Below are positions 38,018-48,145 of a stretch of DNA of 64,000 nucleotides, piece after piece; positions within the stretch are counted from its first letter, which is position 1, and each line of letters starts with the position of its first letter. This DNA comes from an uncultured delta proteobacterium (GTDB lineage Bacteria; Desulfobacterota; Desulfomonilia; Desulfomonilales; Desulfomonilaceae). The notes beneath the pieces are model-generated. The model was not told the DNA's origin, made no database searches, and saw only the letters and a program-made list of their open reading frames with translations. The stretch covers positions 171,267 to 235,266 of the forward strand of contig CAVQDX010000040.1 of the NCBI GenBank assembly GCA_963711335.1, given 5' to 3'. The translations under genes and the position numbers were made by a program.

Positions 38018-38356
38018 TCAGCCCAATTGGCTGCAATCCCATATTCGGTCCCATCCACCACCGCCTTTGTCGTCCTTTTTGTCATCGCTGTCATCATCGG
38101 CTTCATCATCTCCCCTGTCTTCTTCATCAGTAGCGGAGACTAATTTAAAAAGATTGTTCTGAGCCTGAAGTTTGTCGACAAAAATTTCTTGAATTACTTG
38201 ATCTATCCGAGCGGCTTCAATCGATAGGCAAGCCGACGAAACATTTGAGAAACCGTCCAATATCTTTGTCTTACAAGGGCTAAAGTCGGCCAAAACGATG
38301 GTCCCCACAACTACCAACGTGACAAACAACCTGGTGACAATCAGCCATAATTTCAT
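38018..38356 (-). CDS. hypothetical membrane-anchored protein with acidic tail (boundaries uncertain)
   Basis: MKLWLIVTRLFVTLVVVGTIVLA.. followed by ..ATDEEDRGDDEADDDSDDKKDDKGGGG. Overlaps ORF 37879..38127, which is in the +1-related frame and has no stop before the DUF4198 start. See findings. Confidence 0.35.
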   Translation of the reverse strand: MKLWLIVTRLFVTLVVVGTIVLADFSPCKTKILDGFSNVSSACLSIEAARIDQVIQEIFVDKLQAQNNLFKLVSATDEEDRGDDEADDDSDDKKDDKGGGGWDRIWDCSQLG

Positions 38357-38401
38357 TTTCAAATCCCCAAATTCCGTGAACACAGTTGTTTGATTAAATA
38401 T

Positions 38402-40216
38402 TTAGAAAGACGCCGATAGGGTAATCTGTCCACCGTAAACCGGATCGATTACCCTGTCCGGTCGAACCCCAAAATTGTTCGCCTAGCGCCCCACTTTGCC
38501 ATCCAGGCACAGACCGGTCTATGCACGCATAATTGAACCACTTCCCAGGCTGCCAGTAACCCATGACTACACTGAAGATCATGCCTTCCAGAAGCTTCCA
38601 GTCGAAGCCTGCATTAATTTCGTAACCTAGAGAGGTATCTGGAATGTTCGGCGAAGTGGGATAGCGGTTGAAATTGAAATCCAGATTTCCATCACGAGTA
38701 TTTGGAAAATTCGGAAATATGTAAGACAGGTGCTCATCATTATTTACAATAGGCTCCAGGTTAGGTCCAATACATGCCCAACTGTAGCCATTTGATGTTC
38801 TGTTAGCGTAAAAAAACGTTCCATAAATATTGAGATTAGAAGCGACCGCATAGTCCAATCTTCCGGCAAATACGCTTGCATCTCGAAGGTAGCCATCATG
38901 TGACAAGTTGTAGGCGTTTAAACCGGAGCCGTAATTGTAGCAGAAGAGTGTGCAGTACGGCCTGAACACATCGAAATTACCAAGGAAACGATCGTAGGTC
39001 GGATGCGTCCCAAAGGAGCCTGCCTGCTTCCAGATTAGCGTTCCGTTTCTTCGGTCAAGGCCGGGAGACCATGCTTGCAGTAAGCTCAACTTTGTGGGGC
39101 CAAAGATTGCTCCCAATTCTATGGCGTATTTCCATTGTTCGATCTGCTGGGTCATTGGCCAGCGAGGATCAGCTGGTGGAAAAGGAGGAATTCTAGCGCC
39201 ATCGGAGCTGCTCGCCATCTGTCCGTCCAGTAAAGCCACGCAGCCTCAGCGTTAGCGAAAATACGTCCATTGTTGTATTTTGTATAAATCGAGCCATGGG
39301 AGAAACTTGAATCAACCGAAACGTTTCGATCAATAGTGTCATTACCGTGATTGGATTCCAGATTTCCATCAAGGAGAACAGCCTCCGGGCCGACATGATA
39401 CGCAGCGTATGACCCAATAGCCCCAGCGGACAACGAACCACTTGAATATACCAGAAACGCCAGAAAATCCGATGAAAGCGACCCCCGTCCGTCAGCCCTG
39501 CTGAAGTACTGACGTAGTTGAGTCCTGTGGACAGTCACAGCGTCATCGTATCTGTAGCCTGGAAGGTCATAAGGATTCAGGTAAAGCCCGTATTGAGGGA
39601 TGCTTGAAGTCCCGACAAAAGTGTAAGGATAGTATCCTATACCAAAGTCAAACGGACCATACGGAACGACCAGGGCCGCTGATTCGGTCGTAGCCGCGTC
39701 TTCTCCATCGTATTGCAACCCCATACCGAACTTCCACGGCCTCTTCCCCACTGTCAGCGTTCCAACAGGAGTGACCGCAGTTATCCAGAATAGGGTGAAC
39801 TGGGCGTCACTGAAAGCGTTCTTCAATCCTGGAGCGTCCATGGTGTTATAGTTGGTGTTCCAGGGATCGCCGTACGTTCCCAGTCGAAAACGGGCCTGCA
39901 TCTTTAAAGCCGAATTTATGATTATTCTTGGATCAAACGAGACATTGAAATAAGACCAGCCTGAAGTGGAGCCTGTGACAAGGTTGGTGTCAAACTGACC
40001 GCCATTCCAGAAATTCAGATTGGCCACCTTGGTATTTGTTCCATTGTCAACATCATACGGGCCAAAGAAGCCATTGTGGCCGGTTTGGTTGTAAAACTCG
40101 TGAGTCCATGAAAAATTACCTGTGAGGTCCAGGCTCCAGGAGTAAGCTACTGAAGTTTGCAAAAGCACAAGACCGACAACAATAATTGACGGAATCAGGG
40201 ATCTGGTTCCTCGCAT
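38402..40216 (-). pseudogene. large outer-membrane beta-barrel (porin-like) protein of unknown family, frame broken twice as sequenced
   Basis: Signal peptide MRGTRSLIPSIIVVGLVLLQTSVAYS and an aromatic-rich alternating pattern throughout. ORFs 39152..40216 and 38394..39239 join near 39221 (..AAWLYWTD|QMASSSDG..). A last shift near 38446 (T4G4 runs) gives the ending ..IDPVYGGQITLSASF*, with the C-terminal Phe typical of barrel proteins. Confidence 0.6.
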
Positions 40217-40365
40217 CGAGATTCTCCAACTACCCCCGAAAATTTAATAGCAACGATAACAGGTTTGTAACACGGCCAAGACAGGGTGTCAACAGCAAAG
40301 TAATACAAGGTATTACTTTGGAAGAGTTACTCTAATGAAGACAATCTACACCGGACAACAGTTCT

Positions 40366-41211
40366 TTATCTGGATCGATTGCGAACCCACCTCACCCCTA
40401 ATGCCCCCAGGTAGGCCGCCCCGGCAATGACAATGGTCGTCGCGCCTGCCGGATAGTCCGGGCCATAGCTCAAAAACAATCCGGACGTGGTAAATGTGGC
40501 GCACAAAAGCGTTGAGATAATCATCATGCGCCATAGGGTTCTGGAGAAGAGAGCGGCGATCCCTATCGGAAGCGTTAGCATCGCCACCACCATGACGACA
40601 CCGACCACTGTAGACAGGACGACCACTGTCAAAGCCGCCAAGCCCAGTAGCAGGAGATAATAGACCTCAACGTTGAGACCTCTGAGCCGAGCGAATTCCT
40701 GATCGAAACAAACCGCCAGAAACTGGTTGTAAAAAAGTAGTCCGGCTATCACAATTATGGCGTCCAACCCGGCCAGCATCCAGAGGTCATTGCTCGACAC
40801 CATGAGGATGTTCCCGAACAGGTATCCCATGAGATCTTCATTGTAACCTGGGGTTCTCGAAATAAAGATTATCCCCACCGCCATGCCTATGGCCCAAAGA
40901 GCGCTGATGACCGTATCTTCCCTTTGTTTCGCCCGAAGGCTCACTAGACCTATTATAGCAGCGGCGATAAGAGCCGATACCAGGGCGCCATGCAGAGGAA
41001 TTACACTATGCCAGTGATATACCCTGTTGAGATACAGGGCTGCTCCCATCCCTCCCAGTACAGTATGGGCAATGCCATCCGCAATATATGAGATCCTGCG
41101 CACGACGACATATGTGCCGATTACACCGCAGGCCACGCTAGCGAGAATCCCGGTTAACAGGGCGTTCTGGAGAAAAGAGTATTGTTGCAGGTCCGTCAGG
41201 AATTCCGGCAA
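40366..41211 (-). CDS. znuB: metal (Zn/Mn) ABC transporter permease, ABC-3 family
   Basis: 281 aa polytopic protein typical of ZnuB/MntB permeases. Overlaps the ATPase gene. Confidence 0.85.
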   Translation of the reverse strand: MPEFLTDLQQYSFLQNALLTGILASVACGVIGTYVVVRRISYIADGIAHTVLGGMGAALYLNRVYHWHSVIPLHGALVSALIAAAIIGLVSLRAKQREDTVISALWAIGMAVGIIFISRTPGYNEDLMGYLFGNILMVSSNDLWMLAGLDAIIVIAGLLFYNQFLAVCFDQEFARLRGLNVEVYYLLLLGLAALTVVVLSTVVGVVMVVAMLTLPIGIAALFSRTLWRMMIISTLLCATFTTSGLFLSYGPDYPAGATTIVIAGAAYLGALGVRWVRNRSR

Positions 41212-41975
41212 TTACACGACTCCCCACCATTGTGCCTTATCATTTTCATCGGCGATCCATAAATCTCGTTAATAATGGCGCCGGTAATTTCGCTGGTCGG
41301 ATGCATCAGGACTTTCTTCTTGACGCATATTACACTTTTCACAAAGCTGGAGACAAAACCAACATCATGGGAAACCATGATTATTGTGAGCCGCTCGTTG
41401 AGTCTTTGCAGTAATTCATACAGGTCTCCCTCCATGACAACGTCCAGATTGGCGGTTGGCTCATCAAGTAGAAGAAGTTCCGGCTCACATGCAAGGGCCC
41501 GCGCAATAAAAAGCCTTTGGCGCTGACCACCGGAAATTGACGCGAAAGATTTTTTTCTGACATCGCTTAGCCCGACCAAATCCAGCACAGCAGCCGCAAT
41601 TTCTTTATCTTTTTTTGAATAGGGCCCAAAGAGGCTACCATGACCGAGACGCCCCATGAGCGCAACATCCATAACTGTCGCTGGAAATTCCTGGTCCAAT
41701 TGTGAATGCTGAGGCATATACCCGATGAGAGGCCTGGCGTTTTCCGGCGCCTGCCCAAACACCCTTACGAGTCCCTGAGCCGGTCGAAGTAACCCCAGCA
41801 TCAGCTTCAACAACGTAGTCTTCCCGCCGCCGTTAGGCCCGACTACCGACGCGAAATCCCCTTTAGCGATGGAAATGTTTACATTTTCCAAAACAGGATG
41901 AGAGTCATACGAAAAACGAAGGTCTCTAATGAGGACTGCAGGGACGTTTGTTGTTACCAGACTAGAGTTGTCCAT
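41196..41975 (-). CDS. znuC: metal (Zn/Mn) ABC transporter ATP-binding protein
   Basis: Walker A GPNGGGKTT, signature ISGGQRQRLFIARAL and Walker B LLLLDEPTANLD. Confidence 0.88.
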   Translation of the reverse strand: MDNSSLVTTNVPAVLIRDLRFSYDSHPVLENVNISIAKGDFASVVGPNGGGKTTLLKLMLGLLRPAQGLVRVFGQAPENARPLIGYMPQHSQLDQEFPATVMDVALMGRLGHGSLFGPYSKKDKEIAAAVLDLVGLSDVRKKSFASISGGQRQRLFIARALACEPELLLLDEPTANLDVVMEGDLYELLQRLNERLTIIMVSHDVGFVSSFVKSVICVKKKVLMHPTSEITGAIINEIYGSPMKMIRHNGGESCNCRNS

Positions 41976-41993
41976 CAGAGGTGTCGCAAAACC

Positions 41994-42911
41994 TTACCTT
42001 GATTGGGATTGAAGAGCGGATTTGAGTTTCTTGGCTATTTCCGCCAGGTTTGTGACATAGTCCCTGGCCAGATCATCGATTGGGACTACCGCGCCTCCTA
42101 TCGATTCGGCTAGGTTCTCGGCGTTTTTCTTCGGAAACTGGGGTTGAACAAAAATGACTTTTACGTCATGCTTTTTGGCGTCTTTTATCAATCTTGCCAA
42201 TTGTCTCGCTGTTGGTTCCTTGCCCTCAATTTCCACTGCAACCTGTTTCAAACCGTATTCATGCGCAAAATATCCAAACGCTGGGTGAAACACGAAGAAG
42301 CTCTTGCCTTTGACAGGCGCCAACGCTTGTTTGAGCTGTTCGTGAATCCTGTCCAGATCTGCCTCTAATTTCTTTAGATTCGCTTCATACACTTGACGGT
42401 TTTTTGGATCTACTTGGATCAACGCATCCGCTATGGTTCCAGCTTGAATCCGGGCAAGCTGAGGATCGAGCCATGTGTGCCGGTCAAGAGCGTCAGCCTC
42501 ATGGGCGTGTCCATGTTCCTCGACAGCGTGGTGATCCCCATCTTGCTCATTCACGGGCCGAAGCTCTATTCCCTTTTGGATATTAACGATTTCAGCGTTC
42601 TTGAACGTCGCTCCAAGCTTCTTTACCAGTGTCTCTTCGAAGGGAAATCCCAGGTTGAAAAACACTTTGGCTCTCGCCAGCTTGGCCATCAGTTTGGGAG
42701 TGGGCTCAAACGTGTGGGGGTCCTGACCGGGCCCCACCAGCACACTGACTTCGACCAGTGGACCGCCTACCCTTTCTACGAAATAGGCGATGGGCTCAAT
42801 GCCGACGAAAACGTTGATCTTGCCTCCGGCGCCATCTTCACCGCAGAAAGACAACCCGGGCCAAAGCCCTATCAACAGGGACAGCGTCAGTCCTGCCAAG
42901 CTTCTCCACAT
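41994..42911 (-). CDS. znuA: periplasmic metal-binding protein (cluster A-I), zinc-type with His-rich loop
   Basis: 305 aa with a signal peptide, DPHTFEP and the loop DGDHHAVEEHGHAHEADALDRHTWLDP, characteristic of ZnuA. Confidence 0.85.
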   Translation of the reverse strand: MWRSLAGLTLSLLIGLWPGLSFCGEDGAGGKINVFVGIEPIAYFVERVGGPLVEVSVLVGPGQDPHTFEPTPKLMAKLARAKVFFNLGFPFEETLVKKLGATFKNAEIVNIQKGIELRPVNEQDGDHHAVEEHGHAHEADALDRHTWLDPQLARIQAGTIADALIQVDPKNRQVYEANLKKLEADLDRIHEQLKQALAPVKGKSFFVFHPAFGYFAHEYGLKQVAVEIEGKEPTARQLARLIKDAKKHDVKVIFVQPQFPKKNAENLAESIGGAVVPIDDLARDYVTNLAEIAKKLKSALQSQSR

Positions 42912-42986
42912 CGAACATTGCCTCCGTCAAAATGGATATCAGATCTGCGCACAATCTCTGACAAACTCGTTTCATAGGGCTTTGAG

Positions 42987-43005
42987 TTACATTGTTACAA
43001 AGTAA
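42987..43005. promoter_or_regulatory. 19 bp near-perfect palindrome upstream of znuA (candidate Zur/Fur-family operator)
   Basis: TTACATTGT-T-ACAAAGTAA (8 of 9 positions symmetric), 76-94 nt upstream of the znuA start. AT-rich like Fur-family boxes. Confidence 0.4.
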
Positions 43006-43166
43006 TACCGCGCCTGTCAACAGGATCGGGGTGAACAATAGTTAAAGATCACGGAAACAAAAATTTGTTCAATTTCCTTTTTCTAAAAACTAAGGTAAAT
43101 CTCCTCACCTAAAATACGATACTGTGGCTCCATTTTCGGTCAAAAATGATTATTTTATAGCGAGAG

Positions 43167-44387
43167 GTGATCACAGTGTACCAGGAACGTTTTGAAAATC
43201 TATTCAGAGTAGCCTTGAAGATTACCTCCTCACTCAACATTTCCGACATACTGGAAACACTGAGGGATGAGGCCAAGGTATCCATTCCCAACCTTCAGGA
43301 GGCGTGTCTTCTCCTGGTCGATCCTGAAGCCGCCAACTACACGCGTCCACTGCACTGCGCAATGTCCTCAGACTCTATAAACTGTCAACTCTGCAAGAGA
43401 GGACGAAAGGCGATCACCGCCAGTCTGGAAAATCCAGCGGCCTATCTTTGCATATTACCTGGACAGGACGGATCTCAGGTTCTTCCTTCAGCGACTCCTA
43501 TTGACGGGTTATCCGAAGTAGCGATCCCTGTCTATCATGATGGACAGCCGTTAGCTGTCCTAAACGCAGTAGCGCGTGAAGACGCCAAAATCACTGAAAA
43601 GGATCTGATACTGCTTAAAGACCTGACCGACCTGGCTTCGAATGTTATAACAAACGCAAAAAAACATTGGAAAATGTCCCAGCAGAAATTGACATTGGAC
43701 AGGATCCTGGGCCATCTACGCCCTTTTGTTCCTCAAACCGTTCAAAATATAGTGGACAAGAATCCCGACGCCCCGTCACTCGACAAGATAGACACCGAAA
43801 TAACGGTCCTGTTTCTGGATGTGGCCGGTTACACCAGAATCAGCGAGTCTCTGAATCAGGATCAGGTCAATTTTATAATAGAAAAATATTTCTCAAGCTT
43901 CCTTGACATCATTTATGGACATAACGGCGACATCAATGAAACCGCCGGTGATGGGCTCATGGTCATTTTTCAAGGCGCCCCCATTGAGTCGGCCATGAAT
44001 GCAGCCAGGGCGGCTCTCGACATCCGCCGTCGTACAAACGAGATCAACATCGAGTTGCAGGGTCGTTTTCAGCCGATTGTCATAAACATGGGAATAAACT
44101 CGGGCATCGCTGCCGTAGGCATGTCACGGTTCCAGGGAAAGGCTGGCACTCGAATGACCTTTACGGCCAGCGGGTCAGTCACAAACCTCGCAGCAAGAAT
44201 CGCAGCGGAGGCGTCCGACGGAGACATACTCGTGGGGTCAGACACTGCCGAAAAAATTCGCGATAATATGGTTCTTTACGATCGAGGCGCCATGAGGTTC
44301 AAGAATGTGGCGAACCTCACGCATGTTTATAGTCTGCTGCCCGGCAATCACATGGAGCAGGATTTTGCTGAAGAGATACAGCCCTGA
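43167..44387 (+). CDS. class III adenylate/guanylate cyclase with N-terminal GAF-like sensor
   Basis: Cyclase core ITVLFLDVAGYTRISESL....FSSFLDIIYGHNGDINETAGDGLMVIFQG....GINSGIAAVG. GTG start. Confidence 0.8.
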   Translation: MITVYQERFENLFRVALKITSSLNISDILETLRDEAKVSIPNLQEACLLLVDPEAANYTRPLHCAMSSDSINCQLCKRGRKAITASLENPAAYLCILPGQDGSQVLPSATPIDGLSEVAIPVYHDGQPLAVLNAVAREDAKITEKDLILLKDLTDLASNVITNAKKHWKMSQQKLTLDRILGHLRPFVPQTVQNIVDKNPDAPSLDKIDTEITVLFLDVAGYTRISESLNQDQVNFIIEKYFSSFLDIIYGHNGDINETAGDGLMVIFQGAPIESAMNAARAALDIRRRTNEINIELQGRFQPIVINMGINSGIAAVGMSRFQGKAGTRMTFTASGSVTNLAARIAAEASDGDILVGSDTAEKIRDNMVLYDRGAMRFKNVANLTHVYSLLPGNHMEQDFAEEIQP

Positions 44388-44429
44388 GCCTGACATTTCA
44401 GCGCAAAGAGAAATCTTCGGAGGAAACAT

Positions 44430-47313
44430 CTAGTTTGGCGCTGCGGCGAGCTTACCGATAGTATCCAAGAGTCTTTTCATGTCTACTGGCTTTTCCAGTA
44501 TCGCGTCGATCCCTGATTCACGGACAGCTAGATCTTCCATTGTTTGTCCACCCCAGCCAGTGAGTAGGATAAAAGGCGTCTTGGGCGTCTCCCTTTCCAT
44601 GCAAATCGCCTTCAAAGCCTGACCTACCTTCAAGCCATCTATGCCCGGCATTACCAGATCACAAATGACTACATCAACATCCTCGGACTTAAAAATATCA
44701 ATAGCCTGCTCTCCGGACAAAGCCGAAAATATCGTGTATTCCATTTGTTCCAGAACCTGGCCAAGCATTTCAACTATTGGCTCCATGTCGTCAATTATCA
44801 GAACTCTGCGGGCAAGCGGTATAAATGATTGCTCCGGGGGTTCTTCTACTAGCGGTCTGTCAGACAGAGGCAGTTTAACAGTGAAAACCGTTCCCACCCC
44901 CACTTTGCTCGTTGCGGTTATAGCCCCACCGTGAGTCTCAACTATGCCATGACAGACGGCCAGGCCCAGACCTGTCCCAATGTTGGTCTTTTTTGACGTC
45001 CAGAATGGATCGAATATCTTCCCGAGGAACTCTTCGGGAATTCCCGAACCAGTGTCCGCTACCTCAATGACGGCAAAACCGTCTTCAGAATAGCTGCTTA
45101 CATCGACATTCCCACCATGGGGGCACGCTTCAACAGCATTCTTTATGAGGTTGGACACGACTTCGAAGATTTGATTATCCAGGCCCTCTATCATTAGACC
45201 TTTTTCGATCTTTTCTCTGAGGCTGATTGAATAGCCATCTTCTGGCCGGATATCTTTCCACCATGGCTTGCTGATTTCAACAGCTTGGGAGACTACCTGC
45301 GAAACCTCGAAAACCTTACGATCCTCGACCTGGCCTTCTGCCCTTATTCGAGCAAACGTCTGAAGTCTTCGGACAGTTTCAGCCCCAAGTCGGACACTGT
45401 CCCGCATCCATTGAATAGATTCTCTGGCCTTTCCATGCCTCCCCGCTTCCAGGTCAATCAGGGACAACTCGAGACTACCCATGATGATTTGCAACAGGTT
45501 GTTGAAGTTATGAGCGACTCCTCCTGCAAGGTCCGCTACCGCCCTGACTCGTTCATGTTGCACCAGAGCGTTTTCCGCAGCCTTTAGGGAACTGAGATCC
45601 TCGTACATGCCTACTCCACCAAGGAATTCGCCACCTTCGGATTGGACACTGTTAAATACGGCCCGCAGAGGAACATCTCTATCCCCGGTAACAGAGTGAT
45701 ATTCTCCTTCGTAATGCCCGGTTTGCCCAGCCAGACTAGCGTTTATGGCCACAAGTAAGTCAGGGTCCTTAAGGCGTTCCAGCATTCTGAATCCCTGAAG
45801 TCTCTCGCGTGGAGCGCCTAAAATATTAAGAAATTGGTCATTGAAATCGAGGATCACTCCCTGTTTGTCATAATGCATGATTCCAAGCGGCGAATTGGCA
45901 AAAATCATTCGGTATCGTTCTTCGCTCTTCTCCAATTGCTCGGCAATTCGCCAATTAAGCAGTCCGATTGCAGCTATTTCCGCAAAGGCTTCACCAAGTT
46001 GAGCGTCTCCTTCCGTAAAACCGCCGTTCTTGTTGCCGAGCGCCAACAATCCCAGCGTTTTATTTTGAGCTACAAGAGGAACCAGAAGAATATTCTCGAG
46101 GATGACATGTCCTTTGGGCAAATCGAGTGAATCGATGTCTGCAGCCAGATCGTTCCTGAAAAAGGCTCTCTTCGTATTATATACGTGCTGATGCAGGCCA
46201 GTTACTGGGATTTCCTGACTGGGGTCCAGGTCGCACGACTGCCCTCCCGGTTCGAAATGAAGGACATTCTGCAGATCGCCCCGAGAATTTAGGGCCGAGA
46301 TATGGCCGGATTGGGCCTCGATGAGTTTGAGAGCCCATTTCAGGATAAATCGCGCTGCCTGTTTGAAATTGTCACTCTCAAGAACCGACCGGGCAGAACT
46401 CAGCAACCCCTCAGTTTCAAGATTGGACTGTTTGAGTTCCTCGATGGCCTCGGCCAGTTCTCTTTCCAGTTCTTTTCGATCGGTGACATCCTCGCATGTC
46501 ATGATGTCCCGGCCCGACTCAAGGCGAACAGGCCTGAAGTGAATCACCTTGTCGGACCCGTCCTTGCACCGCACAGTGAAAGTTCTTGGTCTGAGATCTT
46601 TCGGGTTTGCCGATCTCAAGTCTTCTTTCCACACCGCTACCACTTCACGTCTGTAATCAGGATCCGGGTAAGCCTTTTTTACCCAGGCTGTGCCATTTGG
46701 CAACTCGGAAGATTCGTACCCAAACATCTGGACAAATTTCGGATTCAAATATTCGAATCGTCCAGTTTCAGAAACCACCACCAACCCAAAAGGCGAACTC
46801 TCGGCTAGTGATTTGAAAAGATCCTTTTCCGTTCTGATAGTTTCTTCAGTCTGTTTGCGCCACGAAATATCCGTTAGAATACCTATGCTGCCTTTTAGCG
46901 TGCCATTATCGTCAACCAGTGGAGAAGCCGAACATATTACAGAAATTATCTGACCGTCGGCGACTCTTTAACTCAAATTCATAGATTCCGGGTTCTCCTT
47001 GAACACGTTTTGCGAACTCCAACCCAAATTTATTGACATAATCATCGGATACAAATTCATCGGCGCGATGTCCAATAATTTCCTCACAATCGTATCCCAA
47101 GGTTTGACACGCCCTGGGGTTGACGTATATGATCCTGCCAACCTCATCCAATGCGACAACTCCATCGTTCATGGCCTCAAGGAGTTTCTTAAACCATTCT
47201 TCCTTCTCTCTAAGGGTTCGTCTTTCAGTTTCAAGTTCGCTTATACGATTTTTGAGATCATTGATCTCTAGGAGGAGGTTGTCGGTCTCCTTTGATGAGT
47301 CGCCCATATCCAT
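44430..47313 (-). pseudogene. hybrid histidine kinase (PAS-PAS-GAF-PAS-HisKA-HATPase-REC), one frame break as sequenced
   Basis: ORF 46912..47313 (coiled-coil plus PAS start) continues in the frame of 44430..46784 as ..EFELKS|ADGQIISVICSASPLVDDNGTLKGSIGILTDISWRKQTEE... The junction lies near 46955. The C-terminal REC has VLIIDDMEP...DVVICDLVMPGIDG. Confidence 0.85.
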
Positions 47314-47558
47314 TTCCCCAGCGCCGGAATACGTGTTCCGGCGTAAACCCGTGTTTTACGCCTTGTTAGATAGTTTATGTGTCAAGAGATACTAGACTCT
47401 TTAGGAGTGAGGATCAACAAAATATCCGGCCATTATTAGCTGCCGCGACGGCAGTTGTCGTCGCGGTAGCAGGCAATCCTATCGGCACGGCCCTAATAAT
47501 TGTTAATCACATTAATCATCCAATTGGCAGAAGCTGCAAGTAAATTCGGACCATGAGA

Positions 47559-48074
47559 TTAGTTGGCGTTTGGAGGCAGGCCCTGAAGGATGTTGAGTCG
47601 ACTCTTCAGTTTGAGTTTATTACTGTCGCTAATGATTTTTGACGCGGCGAGTTGGGAGTCTTGGGCGAGATTGTTGATCGCCCTCTGATTGGCGGCAAGC
47701 CGATTCAACAGGGCGTTCAACGTCCTGGTGCAGTTGACGATGTCCGTGCTGGGTACGCTACGGATATTTCCTTCAGGGTCTCGAAGAACCTGTGTCATGC
47801 TGTTGTTTTTGATACAAGCCTTGGCGACTGTAATAGACTGATTTAGAGTGGCCTGCTGCTGGAGGAGCCAGTTTCGTTTAAGCTCTAGAGAACTTGGTCC
47901 GCCGGGCACACTGGTTATAGGGGTGGCAGCGGCGCTGGTTGACAACTGCTGGGCAAGAACGTTGTCCTCAGCGATATGGACGAACACCACCTGAGTAACA
48001 AGAATGATCATGAGAATGGTAATAGGTTGCAAAAATCTCTCTATAAAACCTTTACTATTCATTTTCCCTCGCAA
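47559..48074 (-). CDS. hypothetical membrane-anchored/secreted protein
   Basis: One N-terminal hydrophobic helix (ITILMIILVTQVVFV) followed by a Gln/Asn/Leu-rich, probably coiled region. No family recognised. Confidence 0.4.
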   Translation of the reverse strand: MRGKMNSKGFIERFLQPITILMIILVTQVVFVHIAEDNVLAQQLSTSAAATPITSVPGGPSSLELKRNWLLQQQATLNQSITVAKACIKNNSMTQVLRDPEGNIRSVPSTDIVNCTRTLNALLNRLAANQRAINNLAQDSQLAASKIISDSNKLKLKSRLNILQGLPPNAN

Positions 48075-48145
48075 TAGGGTCTGTCATTTCGCTCGACGCG
48101 CGAAATCTATCCCTGCGATCGGATAAGATTTCTAGTCACGTTGTA

